DNA from: Chiloscyllium plagiosum
Lineage: Eukaryota
Length of the DNA: 64,000 nt
Assembly: GCF_004010195.1 (NCBI RefSeq)
Contig: NC_057719.1
Span: 71,216,831-71,280,830 of the forward strand
Reading direction: 5' to 3'
Positions within the stretch are counted from its first letter, which is position 1. Each line of letters opens with the position of its first letter. A program made the position numbers and the translations under genes. The notes under the pieces were generated by a model. That model saw only the letters and a program-made list of their open reading frames with translations. It was not told the origin of the DNA and did no database searches. Of the stretch, positions 1-11,960 are shown in pieces.

Positions 1-28
1 TATAACATAACTGTGACAAGGTCTAGAT

Positions 29-528
29 NNNNNNNNNNNNNNNNNNNNNNNNNNNNNNNNNNNNNNNNNNNNNNNNNNNNNNNNNNNNNNNNNNNNNNNN
101 NNNNNNNNNNNNNNNNNNNNNNNNNNNNNNNNNNNNNNNNNNNNNNNNNNNNNNNNNNNNNNNNNNNNNNNNNNNNNNNNNNNNNNNNNNNNNNNNNNNN
201 NNNNNNNNNNNNNNNNNNNNNNNNNNNNNNNNNNNNNNNNNNNNNNNNNNNNNNNNNNNNNNNNNNNNNNNNNNNNNNNNNNNNNNNNNNNNNNNNNNNN
301 NNNNNNNNNNNNNNNNNNNNNNNNNNNNNNNNNNNNNNNNNNNNNNNNNNNNNNNNNNNNNNNNNNNNNNNNNNNNNNNNNNNNNNNNNNNNNNNNNNNN
401 NNNNNNNNNNNNNNNNNNNNNNNNNNNNNNNNNNNNNNNNNNNNNNNNNNNNNNNNNNNNNNNNNNNNNNNNNNNNNNNNNNNNNNNNNNNNNNNNNNNN
501 NNNNNNNNNNNNNNNNNNNNNNNNNNNN
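29..528. other. Assembly gap (500 N)
   Basis: Run of N. Confidence 1.
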
Positions 529-1080
529 TTTGTACAAAGTTGTATTTGACTGAAAGCTGAGTTGATGTGATCATGAGCTCAGGTGGATGAACAATTCAGA
601 CTTCATTAAAGGTGATAATTACATGTGGATGAGGGCTTTTTGGCTTGACTTTAACTTGCCTTCAGACTTAACACCTCCAGCATGGATTTTCTGGGGAACT
701 GATCAGTACATGGGGATCTATCAACTACAGATTAACTACACACCATGAAGGTTAACTTCTGTCAACTACAGTGTCAATTCTCTCTGGAAATGTTTAGCAG
801 TGAGTACTCGTTCCCAGAGATGTTTGGAACTATCAGACAGTTAGGGGTGGATGAAGTCCTGGATGGTTTCGAAAGCAAATCAAAAGAGAAAACATTGCTA
901 CCATCCACAACAGCAACAACAACTACCTGAATACATTGCTGCAATGCCTGAATAGTTCAAAAGCTTAGCTGTGATGAAGAAAAATGCAAATATTCATGCT
1001 GCTCCTCCCTAAGTTCCAACCGAGTACTTCAACCCAGTGAGTTCTATTTTATTGTGTGTATGGGTCCTAACCATAGTGAT

Positions 1081-1637
1081 TGTAATGGGGTCAGCCAGCT
1101 GGACCTCATAGAATATGAGTTCCCTGATTGGGGCTGCCCACTTATGGGCGGCACAGTGGCTCAGTGGTTAGCACTGCTGCCTTACAGCGCCAGGGACCCA
1201 GGTTCAATTCCAGCCTCATGCAACTGTCTGTGTGGAGTTTGCTCACTCTCCCCTTGTCTGCCCGGGTTTCCTCCGGGTGCTCCAGTTTCCTCCTACAGTC
1301 CAAAGATGTGCAGGTTAGGTGAATTGGCCATGCTGAATTGCCTGTGGTGCTGGGTGCATTAGTCAGGGATAAATATAGGGCAGTAGAACGGGTCTGGGTG
1401 GATTACTCTTTGGAGGGTCGGTGTGGACTTGTCGAGCCGAAGGGCCTGTTTCCGTACTGTAGGGAATCTAATCTAATCAACTTGGCCCAGTCAGGGAGCC
1501 CTGGTTGATGAATATAAACAGAGATACTGGCGCTCTTTTGCCTGATTCTGTATGAGGCAGTACTATAATTAAGGACTATTTGCATGTAAATAAAAATGAT
1601 TTGGTGACAGTATACCAGTCTCTGTGGAGTTATTTCA
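1081..1637 (+). mobile_element. Probable solo LTR (Gypsy-type) interrupted by a SINE
   Basis: TGTAAT...TATTTCA (TG..CA) ends; internal dyad tccctgattggg/cccagtcaggga split by the SINE; TATA-like gaatataaa and AATAAA in order; no clear TSD. Confidence 0.5.
1146..1478 (+). mobile_element. HE1-like tRNA-derived V-SINE, full length
   Basis: A box tggctcagtgg, B box ggttcaattcc, central tgtgtggagtttgc...ggtgaattggccatgct, 3' tail gaagggcctgtttcc plus (aatct)n. Confidence 0.92.
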
Positions 1638-1832
1638 CTAAGTTTAGGCTCCCAAATACTACTTTTCTTGAGTTCAAGGCGCATTCCTTAAAATGGTTTG
1701 TTTACAACAAACTGGAGACCCATATTCTCTTTGACTCTGGTAGAGTCTCTGCCTCTTTCTAGATCACCCTGCTTGATCATGTGACACAGACATCATCATT
1801 ACATCATTGTACATTATGACAATGTCTTATTA

Positions 1833-2149
1833 TTAGATTAGATTAGATTACTTACAGTGTGGAAACAGGCCCTTCGGCCCAACAAGTCCACACCGACCCG
1901 CCGAAGCGCAACCCACCCATACCCCTACATTTACCCCTTTTAACCTAACACTACGGGCAATTTAGCATGGCCAATTCACCTGACCCGCACATCTTTGGAC
2001 TGTGGGAGGAAACCGGAGCACCCGGAGGAAACCCACGCAGACACGGGGAGAACGTGCAAACTCCACACAGTCAGTCGCCTGAGTCGGGAATTGAACCTGG
2101 GTCTCTGGCGCTGTGAGGCAGTGCTAACCACTGTGCCACCATGCCGCCC
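1833..2149 (-). mobile_element. HE1-like V-SINE
   Basis: Reverse complement of the same SINE; (ttaga)n tail; candidate TSD cttattat at 1826-1833 and 2155-2162. Confidence 0.92.
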
Positions 2150-2649
2150 ACCACCTTATTATGTAAGAGATCCCGCTACATGTTGAGATTTGTCATGAAA
2201 CAAGTGAAAGGGTGAGTTTAACCCTCAGACAAAAATGAATGGAAAACTTAATTTCATGCATTGTTATAAGTAAAAACTTAACAACATAATTTTTACCCCT
2301 GCTTGATCAGTGCAGAATTCACTATTTTGAAGTGATGGGAAGCATCAGAGGAAGTTTTTGTATTGCATCACTGATAAACATGTGGACATTTGACAAGGAG
2401 TTCGATTGTCAAGTTTCACCTTTGTAAATAATGCTCATTAAGCTTATTAAGCTTATTGATTTTCCTTGATGGCTGAGTTGGCTCTGAACTTTGGAGTCCA
2501 TGAAGATCCTGCTGAAGGATGTTCAACTTGCAACTCTACCATTGAAACAAGACAATATATGTGAGATATTGCTGAGGGTGGAGGTAAGGAGGAGAATTGT
2601 AACTGTTGAGAAGTAGTAGCATTTTGAGTGGAATTTCTAATACCATATG

Positions 2650-2892
2650 CCACACTGCATAACTACTGCTTTGTGTAGTTTTAGCAAGGCTCTCTGATCT
2701 TTATACTTCTTTCTCTGTGAAATAAAGGCAAACATTCCATTTGCCTTACCTATTACCTGCTGAACTTGGATGCTAACATTTTCTGATTTATGTCTGCAAA
2801 CCACCAAATCCTTCTATTCGTTACCTATTTCCTGTCTTTCTACACCTAAATAATGTTAATCTCTTCTTCTTGCCAAAGTGCATAACATACAT
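2650..2892 (-). mobile_element. Old CR1 LINE fragment, cut off by the LTR
   Basis: ggcaaacattccatttgcctt, ccaaagtgcataac resemble other minus-strand CR1 copies here. Confidence 0.55.
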
Positions 2893-3634
2893 TGTTCTGA
2901 AGGTGTAGAGGTATATTGTACCTTTAAGAGAATTGAAAAGCTAGCAAAGACTTAGAGAAGCACAGAGAGTCCAGAACAAGGTAACAACATAACACTTGGT
3001 CGAAACAACTAACTAGAGCTATGTTGCCTGGATACAAAATCAAATTCAAATTTGTCCAATCAGTTTAAATTATGGCCCAAGATACCAAACTCCAATCAAG
3101 TTTAAATTTAGTATTTTGACAATATTAAAACCAATTAAATGATCCAATGTTTTGGGATATAAATATCAGACATTTTGAATAGTTAGCCAGAGTGGCAAAG
3201 AGCAGTTAGCGTCAACAACTAGAGACACTGCTTGAAGAAAGATCTGCTCTCTTAAAGAGACCTTTATCGATCAAAGACCTGGGCAGGATCCCATAGAAGA
3301 AGAAAAGAAGATACAGGAAAATCTACAGAGGATACTCAGCAAAGCTGACTGGTTTTCAAACGAGATTTTTTTTTTGTAAATCATAATTGGGAGTTTTATC
3401 AGACTAGTAGAGAAGAAGGTGAAAGATAGGGTTAGAGAAAAGAGTTGTGAATAGTTGTGAGTGAATTATTCTCTGTTAGACTTAAAGAATAAAGTTCTTA
3501 AATTTTTTGTATTTTAAATATTGATTTTGGGGATAGCTTTTTGCCTCTTGAATTTTAACAGATTACAGCATGGAATGACTCTTTTCTGTGTGTCTGGTTT
3601 AAATTAGCAGAGGAATTTACCCCATGCTGTAACA
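2893..3634 (+). mobile_element. 5' LTR of an LTR retroelement
   Basis: TGTT...TAACA termini, TATA-like gatataaat (~3156), AATAAA (~3489), followed by a PBS. Confidence 0.72.
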
Positions 3635-3637
3635 GTT

Positions 3638-3655
3638 TGGGGGCTCATCCGGATT
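3638..3655 (+). promoter_or_regulatory. Primer-binding site for tRNA-Pro
   Basis: tgggggctcatccggatt vs canonical TGGGGGCTCGTCCGGGAT, 3 nt after the LTR CA end. Confidence 0.85.
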
Positions 3656-3881
3656 TAACAATTTGGGTCTCGGATTCGTGATTTGAACAGGTTTAGACAG
3701 ATCCAGTCTGAGATTTGGGCAGATTTGAATAGATTTTTGGGGTATGAAAAAGCCCAGTAGATTTAAACACTTGCAGTTTATTATCCGAGATCTTTAAATA
3801 ATACGTAGGTGAGATAATTTGTTTAATTTCAGTGACTTGTGATTGATTAAATTAAAAGTGAGAGAAATGGCTCTTAAAATT

Positions 3882-4452
3882 GCAAGTCAGGCAGCATGGA
3901 GATGGAGAAGTCAACATTTCGGGTGGAAACCTTCTTCAGGACTGGGGGGTGTGTGTAAGAGGGGCTGTAGATAAAGGACAGATTACAGTTTGGTGAGGTA
4001 GGGATAGGTGAACACAGGTAGAGGGTACAACTTGGTTGGTGGATGGGAGAAATGAATCCATTTGGGAGCTGGAAAGAAGGATCAATCAGAGGAATGGAAG
4101 GGTGCGGGAGGAGGTTGCTGGGAAGGGAATTGGGGGGGCGGCGGGGATGAGAGTGGAGTTTCTTTGAAATTGGAGAACTCAATGTTGAGTCCTCCGGGCT
4201 GTAGGCTGCCCAGGCAGAAGGGGAGGTGTTGCTCTTCCAAATAGCTGCCGGATTCGCTGTGGCAATGAAGGAGGCTGAGGATGGTCATGTCGGAAAGGGA
4301 GTGGGAAGGGGAATTAAAATGGGTGGTGACTGGGTGGTGAGGTCGGCCCCTGCGGGCCCAGCTGAGAGGCTCGGCAAAACAACAAAGCCAGTCAGCTTCT
4401 GCGAATGCAACATAGGCAGGAAGCTGGAAGAACACGGCAAGCCAGGCAGCAT
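3882..4452 (-). mobile_element. Penelope-like fragment (GIY-YIG C-terminus plus pLTR)
   Basis: ORF 4082-4435 has HFNSPSHSLSDM...LEEQHLPFCLGSLQPGGLNIEF, typical of a PLE endonuclease end; hammerhead motif in pLTR. Confidence 0.8.
3909..3943 (-). ncRNA. Minimal type I hammerhead motif (decayed)
   Basis: Minus strand: AGTC-CTGAAGA-AGGTTTCCACCC-GAAA-TG-TT-GACT; stem I AGTC/GACT. Confidence 0.65.
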
Positions 4453-5399
4453 CAGGATGTGCAGCAGCCAGCAGTCAAACAGACTGAGAGCAGTACATAC
4501 TGAACCTGTTTGGAGAGCTCAAAGCAACTAGAAATTGTGAAAACTGAAAAAGGAGAGTCTTACCAAAGCCACAAGGGGAAAGATCTGAATTTTAAACTTA
4601 GGATTTGTCAATATCAGACACTCAAAGTTAGTTAACTCCCTTAGAAGGGTAAAAGTTCATATCTTTAAGGAAAAAAAATCAAGGCAATGAAGCTAAAACA
4701 AGATGTAAATTATTACATTTAGAAAAAAAGGTTTAAAGTTCAGGAAAATCAGTAAAAACATTCTTTGAGAAAGGACGGCTGTTAAGAAGATGATTAAATT
4801 ATTACGATAATTTGATTAATTGGGTGAGAAAGTTGAAGGCAAAAGAAGAGTTTATTAAAATAAATCAGTGTTTTGAGAAGAAATTGAATTTCATTGTGCA
4901 ACTAAAGCTATTCTTAAAGAAGCAATAACAGCAAAACACAATTCTTTTTCAATTTAAAATGGCATAACTATTTTAGTGAAGAAGCAGAGACAGTGCAAAT
5001 AACCACGGGTGGAGAAATGTTGAAGAAGAAAGGTAAGTGACATAAACTTAGTCTTTACTCCATCTTAGGAGAATATAAACAAAACAATATTTCTTAATTT
5101 TAAAGCATTTTAGGACCTTCAAACCACTATGATTCAGCACAAGTAACTGGATAATTCTGAAACTCTAAATGTTAATAATCAGAAATTAAAGGAAATCTCT
5201 GGAAAGAAAAATATGCAGATAAAAGTTAAAAATCTTCTTCATGATAAAGCTCTAAAAGCATTTCATCTTCATCATCCAGTAAGTAAAGAAAATAATTATA
5301 ATATTTTTAAACCTTGCTGTGGTAAATGATGTTAAATGCAATTTGAGGTGATTGTATTAATCAAAAAACAGCAAAACCAGTTACAGTACAAAGAATTTA

Positions 5400-5715
5400 A
5401 AATTCTTACAAGAGCTTTCAAGTAAATAACTTAAATACGAAAAACATCAGCCATTCAAACAATGACAATGAAGAAATATGTTACACCAAGTACTAGTCAT
5501 ATAATAGAGACAACAATATTTAACAACTTCCAGAAGAAAGTGTCTGTAATTTTACGAATGGTCTTTACAGAACTGATTTGCAATGGATTTTTAGCGGAAT
5601 TTCTGATCCGTTTATTTCAGAGATTTTGCAATCAGAAGAAGATCTCCCATTAGAAAGAGCTGTCCACATGATGGAGGAAGTTAAGAAACTCAATAACAGC
5701 CCAAGAGAACGATGA
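5400..5715 (+). pseudogene. Decayed Gypsy gag fragment
   Basis: Manual translation QLPEESVCNFTNGLYR...GISDPFISEILQSEEDLPLERAV fits the Gypsy capsid pattern Q-x-x-ES-x-x-F...GI-x-D...DLTL-x-KA. Confidence 0.65.
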
Positions 5716-6240
5716 ATAACTCAACTCCTGATTCCTCAAAGCCTCTTCACCATTTTCAAGGCACAGGTGGGGAGTTACATGGGATGTTTCTCACTTGCCA
5801 GGATAACTGCAGCTCCAACAACACTCAATAAGTTCAACACCAATAAAGATGAAGCAGCCTGCTTGATTGGTGCCCAAGTCCAATATTCACTCCCTTCACA
5901 CTAATGCACATTGGCAGCAGAGTAACTTGCTTATAAGAAGCACTGCAATAACTCACCAAGGTAGCTTAGACAGCTCCTTCCAAACCCGTGACCTCTACAT
6001 CTAGAAGGATAAAGGCAGCAGGTACATGGTAAACCACAAGCTGCAAGTTCCCTTCATTTCTTCATTGTTGCTATATCAAAATCCTGAAACTGCCTTCCTA
6101 ACAGCACTGTATGTGTCCCTATCCTCCAAGAACTGCAGCTGTTCAACTCAGCAGCTCCCGTCACTTTCTCAAGGGCAGTTAGGGATAGGAAATAAACTTT
6201 GGCCCAAATACTGACACCCATATTCCAGGAATGAATAAAA
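5716..6240 (+). mobile_element. LINE 3' end (CR1/L2-group)
   Basis: Decayed FKAQV...TAAPTTLNKFNT frame; 3' tail gggcagttagggat...gaatgaataaaa shared with other copies. Confidence 0.7.
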
Positions 6241-6834
6241 AGTATCTGAATCAGTCATAACTTTCAAAAGGAAATTGCATGTGTATCTGAAAAGAAAAAG
6301 TTTTCAGAGCTCTGGGGAAGATACTGGGTAAATTAGACAGCTCTAACAACCAGCCTGCTCAGACAGGAATGGCTGAATGATTTTTTTTGTTCTATGATTC
6401 TAATTTACCTCCAGTACTTAGTTAACCAAACATAAATTTACTTGCATGAGCATGCACAACTTCTGAAGGTCACCTTGCATTATTTGTTGACAACTCACTT
6501 GTGTTTTACATCTTTTTGTGCATCAAGGATTCACTTCTCATGTTTACGATATGGCTACATTAATATTTCAGTGATGGGACTTCAATTTGGCTGAAAATGT
6601 GTTTTGATTATTGCCATTCTTACTATTTAAAGTTTATTCTGCTCATGTCTACTGTTTTCCAAATTTGACTGGACAAGAGCTTTCCAAGCTGAAAGTACAT
6701 CACAGCCTTGTGGACCTGTGTCCTATGATTTCCTGGTCATTTTCCAATATATGTAGCTCACCTTTAACAATGCAGCCTTGAGAAGCATCCACATCACCTG
6801 GTAAAACATGAAAAACTAAAATGTCTCTTTAATA

Positions 6835-7370
6835 CTTAAATTATAAGTGGGTGTCACTAGTTGGGCCAATATCTATTTTCTATCCCTAACTGCCCTTGAG
6901 AAGGTGATGGGTGTTGCTGACTTGAATGGCTGTAGTTCTTGGAGAGTAGGGCACATAAAGTGCTGTCAGGAAAGGAGGTTCAAGATTTTGACACAGCAAC
7001 GTTGGATGACATGGTGCCTTGGTGGCTAGCATTGCTGCCTCACAGCATCAGCGACCCAATTTCAATTCCAGCCTTGAGCAACTGTCTATGTGGAGTTTGC
7101 ACATTCACCCCGTGTCTGTGTGGGTTTCCTCCCACAATCCAAAAGATGTGCAGGTTAAGTGAATTGGCCATGCTAAATTGCCCATTGTGTTCAGGGATGT
7201 GTAGGTTAGATGCATTAGTCAGGAGTAAATATAGGGGAATGGGTCTGGGTGGGTTACTCTTCAAAGGGTTGGTGTGGACTTGTTGGGCTGAAGGGCCTGT
7301 TTCCACACTGTAGGGATTCTAATTCTAAGAAAGAAATCAGTGAAGAAATGAGGAGAAGCTGCAGCTAGTT
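6835..7370 (-). mobile_element. 3' tail of the same LINE family, interrupted by a SINE
   Basis: Reverse complement similarity to ~6040-6230 (atccctaactgcccttgagaa; agtgaagaaatgagg). Confidence 0.6.
7004..7328 (+). mobile_element. HE1-like V-SINE
   Basis: Same head, core and tail motifs as 1146-1478. Confidence 0.9.
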
Positions 7371-7444
7371 TGATGCAGATTGAACATCCCCGAAGCATTG
7401 GACTTACTGGTGTAGGTTTGCTCGCTGAGCTGTAGGTTTGATAT

Positions 7445-7484
7445 CCAGACGTTTCATTATCTGGCTAGGTAACATCATCAGTGG
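7445..7484 (-). ncRNA. Minimal type I hammerhead motif
   Basis: CCA-CTGATGA-TGTTACCT-AGCC-AGATAAT-GAAA-CG-TC-TGG; core intact. Confidence 0.75.
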
Positions 7485-8400
7485 TGACCTCCAAGTGAAG
7501 CGAAGCTGTTGTCTCCTGCTTTCTATTTACATATTTGTCCTAGGTGGGGTTCCTGGGGTTTGTGGTGATGTCATTTCCTGTTCGTTTTCTGAGGGGTTGA
7601 TAGATCGAGATCTATGTGTTTGTTTATGGCGTTGTGGTTGGAGTGCCAGGCCTCTAGGAATTCTCTGGCTGTATCAGCTGTATCAGAACACTATTTCAAC
7701 AAGCCACCACACACTGCAGCACAGACGAACTACAGAAAACAGAGAACCACCTATACAATGTATTCAAGAAGAACGGATACTCAAAAAAATAATACAGTCC
7801 ACAGATTCCTCAAGAACAAACCACGACAAGCAGACCAAACACAGCCAGAAACCCTAACCATCTTACCATACATCAAAGGAGTTTCAGAAATGACAGCCAG
7901 ACTACTAAGACCCCTTGGAATCCTACTAGCACACAAACCCACCAACACTCTCAAACAAAAATTAACAAACTTAAAAGACCCAGTACAACCCATGGACAAA
8001 ACCAACGTCATCTATAAAATTCCTTGCAAGGACTGCCACAAACACTACGTAGGACAAACAGGAAGAAAGTTAGTCACCAGGATACACAAACACCAGCTAG
8101 CCACAAAAAGACACGACCCTCTCTCCCTCGTAGCCCTACACACGGATGAAAAAAATCACCAATTCGACTGGGACAACACATCTATCCTGGGACAAGCTAA
8201 GCAAAGACATGCCAGAGAATTCCTAGAGGCCTGGCACTCCAACCACAACGCCATAAACAAACACATAGATCTAGATGCCATCTGTCAACCCTTCAGAAAA
8301 CGAACAGGAAATGACATCACCACAAACCCCAGGAACCCCATCCAGGAGAAAGATATAAATAGAAAGCAGGAGACAACAGCTTCGCTTCACTTGGAGGTCG

Positions 8401-8440
8401 CCACTGATGATGTTACCTGGCCAGGTAATAAAACGTCTGG
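8401..8440 (+). ncRNA. Hammerhead motif with GAAA>AAAA (likely inactive)
   Basis: CCA-CTGATGA-TGTTACCT-GGCC-AGGTAAT-AAAA-CG-TC-TGG. Confidence 0.65.
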
Positions 8441-11119
8441 ATATCAAACCTACAGCTCAGCGAGCAAACCTACACCCTAAACCTCAACCTGAGCTACAAA
8501 CCTTCACAAACCTTGTATTGGATTTACTGTCTTACCAGGTGAATTATTCAAAATGGTTAAATAAAAGAATAGCTCCTTTCCAAACCTCAGGATGCCCTAG
8601 ACCTCTTTATGATATTTTTATGAAACGTAATCACTGCTGTTATGGAGGAAACACTGCAGCAATTTGGACTGAGTAAGCTCCTGGAAACATCTTCCCCATC
8701 TGTAAATAGTTATGAAAGATGAAAGTGAGTGCATAGATTCAGCCCGCCACTTCATTCTGTGAGAGTGTGATTAAACTAAAGGGTGACCTCCAACCAAAGA
8801 GCACCAACTCCTTTAATACAACTCCAGTAGGATCTCCAATCCTCACTATTGAGGAAGACCACATTGGCTAATTACCTCAACTGGATCATTGCAAACAACT
8901 TAATCCCTGTTTATGTCACCACTGCAACTTCCCCTATTCTGCAAGGTGAAGTAATTTAAGGGCAGGTGGCTTGCTGGATTTTGCATTCTACATTCAAGCA
9001 TGCTACATGCCACATATCAGGGTTAAATATCTCTGTATCTATCACATCTAAATGCTGGGTGGACCTTATGTTTGAAATTTATCACAACCTGCTTCCTCTG
9101 CACGAAGGACTTGTCAAGGTTGTCAGATTGAGAACAATAAAGGTAGGTTTTAAGGAGATTGCAATGAAAAATAAAGACAAAAAGTTTAGTTTAAGTATAA
9201 AATGTAGCTATCTCGTGCTGACTTTTCATTTAAATGCGTATCATTCGTGATTCCTTTCTAATTTAGAATCAAACAATTTTGACATTTATACATTCCACAT
9301 TATGTATCACATATACATAAATGTTGTTACAATTCTGGTGAAATTTGAATAGGATATCTTTACTCGTTAAGGAACATTTCAGCAGACTTACTGTAACCTG
9401 AGCAGGCTAATCAAAAATTTAAACTGATATAGTCATGCTGCCTGGCCTCAACTTAACTTATAGTAAACAACTTGTTTCTGTGAAATTGAACGATTGCAGA
9501 TCATGTACTAGTGGGATCCAGACTTATTGATGTATTCATTGATTCTGTTCATACTTGTAGTCATTGGGCTCTGAGGGTTGCATGATCAGAAGTAATTTGA
9601 CCTTCAGTGTGAATTAATCAAACAGCAGATGGTCAAGATTCAGCAAATCTATTCTTTCCTTTCTTCAGAACCATTGCCACCATATTGTGTCCCACTGAGT
9701 TTTTATTCTCAGTTTGTCACAGTGCCAGAATCTGAATTGCAGCATTTGCCAAGCATTGATGTTTGGCCCACTTGGCACTTTGTTTTTATCAAAACTGAAC
9801 AAGAAGTATTTAGAAGTACTTTATACAGTTAAGGAAACATCATGGGAACTTGGAAGGAGTTATGTTCATGCTGAGACTCAATCCAGTGATCGTACACTTA
9901 CTTCAATGACTTGATTTTAAAAGGTGCAGCATTCATTAAACAAAAATTGGCAAACTTTTTCTTGTTTTCCAAACACTTGGAGTGCTGTAATTTGTTTTAA
10001 ATCATGTCATTATATCACGAAAAAAAAACCAATTACATAGTTTGCACATATCCTTCCAGCAGAGTGAAGCACAAATGTTGTGGAATTTCTCTGTTCTTGT
10101 TGTTTGGCTTGAAATTATAGTCCCACAAAACTGTACTTTTAGTTTCCTCAGGTTACCAAGCAGTATGGATCTGTGTATAAAGTAGTTGTGATCTCAATTG
10201 GAGCTGGCACTCATAAACTATGGAAGTGTTAATCCTGTTTTGGATTGATTGAAAGTCTGACTTGTAAAGTACGCTGCATGCATTAAAGGCAACTGATTTT
10301 TCTATGTCTATGACCTTGTTTATCCCTGAAAAATAGAGTAGTGTTAACAAGCTTTAAGTGCTTTAAAATGGACCCACCCTAATTGTCACATATAGTCCTC
10401 CTAGTCATTGAATCAAAGCATTTTTACAGCATTGAAAAAAGGCTCTTCAGCCCATTGTGAACATGCCAATCATCAAACATCTATCTATTCTATTCCCATT
10501 TTGATTTTCCTAACTTGATCTTGATGTGGACCTGGATATATGTGGTCAACATCCTTCCCAAAACATGTGGAAAGCTTCTTTAAGTGTTCAAATAAAGGCC
10601 CAAGACATGTTGTTAGGTGATATTTATAAAGCAAAGCTCTGCCTACTAAACTTTGCCATGGATCAAATGACCCAAAACCCTTCAAGAGACTGCTATAACA
10701 CATGGCTGAAATGATTTTCCTTTTACTTCTGTAGGGTGAGGATGAACAATATTTCTGACCCCACAGAAATATTCCAACCAACTGATATTGCATTGAATGC
10801 CTCCTATTGTCCATCCTTTTGCTTTCCATCTCTTCTTTTCCCTGCACACCCCTCTCCACCTCACCTAACCGAATCTTACACTGTCATCTCACTCACTCTC
10901 TATATCTTGGTTTTCCCTTGGCAGGCCCACTTGGAACTTGCAACCTCTCACTCACATGGTCCAACCATTAGGAGAGCTCAGGCCTCTTGCTGCAGTCAGG
11001 GAGGTAGTGCAAATATACCGCTCAATTGCTATCCAATTACTGCATGAACCATAATCAGTTTTACTTCCATATGTAAGGGAATCCCATCAAAGGGCTGAAA
11101 TGCTTTCCCCTCATGATTC

Positions 11120-11960
11120 ATAGAAACATGGAGCTTAAGAATATGCCATTCAGTCTTTGAGCCTGCTTCACATTCAATTATAGGTGGTCAGGATGTGGTT
11201 CATCTCCGCTTTCCCGTCTGCTCTTGACTCCTTTGTCTACCAAAAACCTTTCTAACTCGGTTGAAAATCTTAGAATCCCTACAGTATGGAAACAGGCCCT
11301 TCAGCCCAACAAATCCACACTGACCCTCCAAAGAGTTATTCCCACCAAATCTAATCCCCATTACTCTACACGTCCCTGAACACTATGGGCAATTTAGAAT
11401 GGTCACCTAACCTGCACATCTTTTGGACTGTGGGAGGAAATCTGAGCACCAGAGGAAACCCACACAGACATGGGGAGAATATGCAAACTCCACACAGACA
11501 GTCACCCAAGGCTGGAATCGAAACAGGTCCCTGACACTGTGAGGCAGCAGGGCTAACCACTGAGCCACGATGCCACAGTCCTAAATAAGTTTAAAGACCC
11601 AGCCTCCATTACCTTTTGGGGAAGAGAATTCCACATTGTAATGACTATCTGAGAGGAAATACTTATCTTAGTCTGCTTCTTAAAGGAATAATCTCCCCAA
11701 ATGTTTGTCTCACCCACAAGAGGCTACATCTCGAGGTAACCATCCCATCTAATCACTTCGAGATCTTATCTGTTTCAATAAATTCACCTCTCATTCATCT
11801 GCACTCCACTTGGTATAGACCCAACATGTTCAAGCTTTCTTCATAAGCTCATCCTTTCATTCTGGAATAAATAAAATAAACTTTCTGAGAACTGCTTCTG
11901 AAGCAATTATGTCTTTTTTTTCAAGTAAGGAAACTGTGCTTGGTATTATAGATATGGTGT
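11120..11960 (-). mobile_element. Old CR1 3' fragment interrupted by a SINE
   Basis: catagaaac tail; ggaagagaattccaca; aaattcacctctcattcatct. Confidence 0.6.
11270..11576 (-). mobile_element. HE1-like V-SINE
   Basis: Reverse complement of SINE head, core and tail. Confidence 0.9.

Larger units (their letters stand above)
7410..8516 (+). mobile_element. Penelope-like retroelement (Poseidon-type), 5'-truncated, inverted pLTR
   Basis: GIY-YIG frame KTNVIYKIPCKDCHKHYVGQTGR...FDWDNTSILGQAKQRHAREFLEAWHS; 7410-7669 is the reverse complement of ~8211-8476; TSD attgga(c/t)ttactg at 7397-7409 and 8517-8529. Confidence 0.93.

Noticed and set aside
13..574. Long ORFs 13-549 and 23-574 (also 40126-40452)
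   Set aside because: Artefacts of N runs
1146..1215. tRNA gene
   Set aside because: A/B boxes run straight into SINE body and tail; it is a SINE head
7614..8480. 288-aa ORF as a functional gene
   Set aside because: Chimeric across the inversion junction and a frameshift; only a truncated PLE GIY-YIG part is homologous
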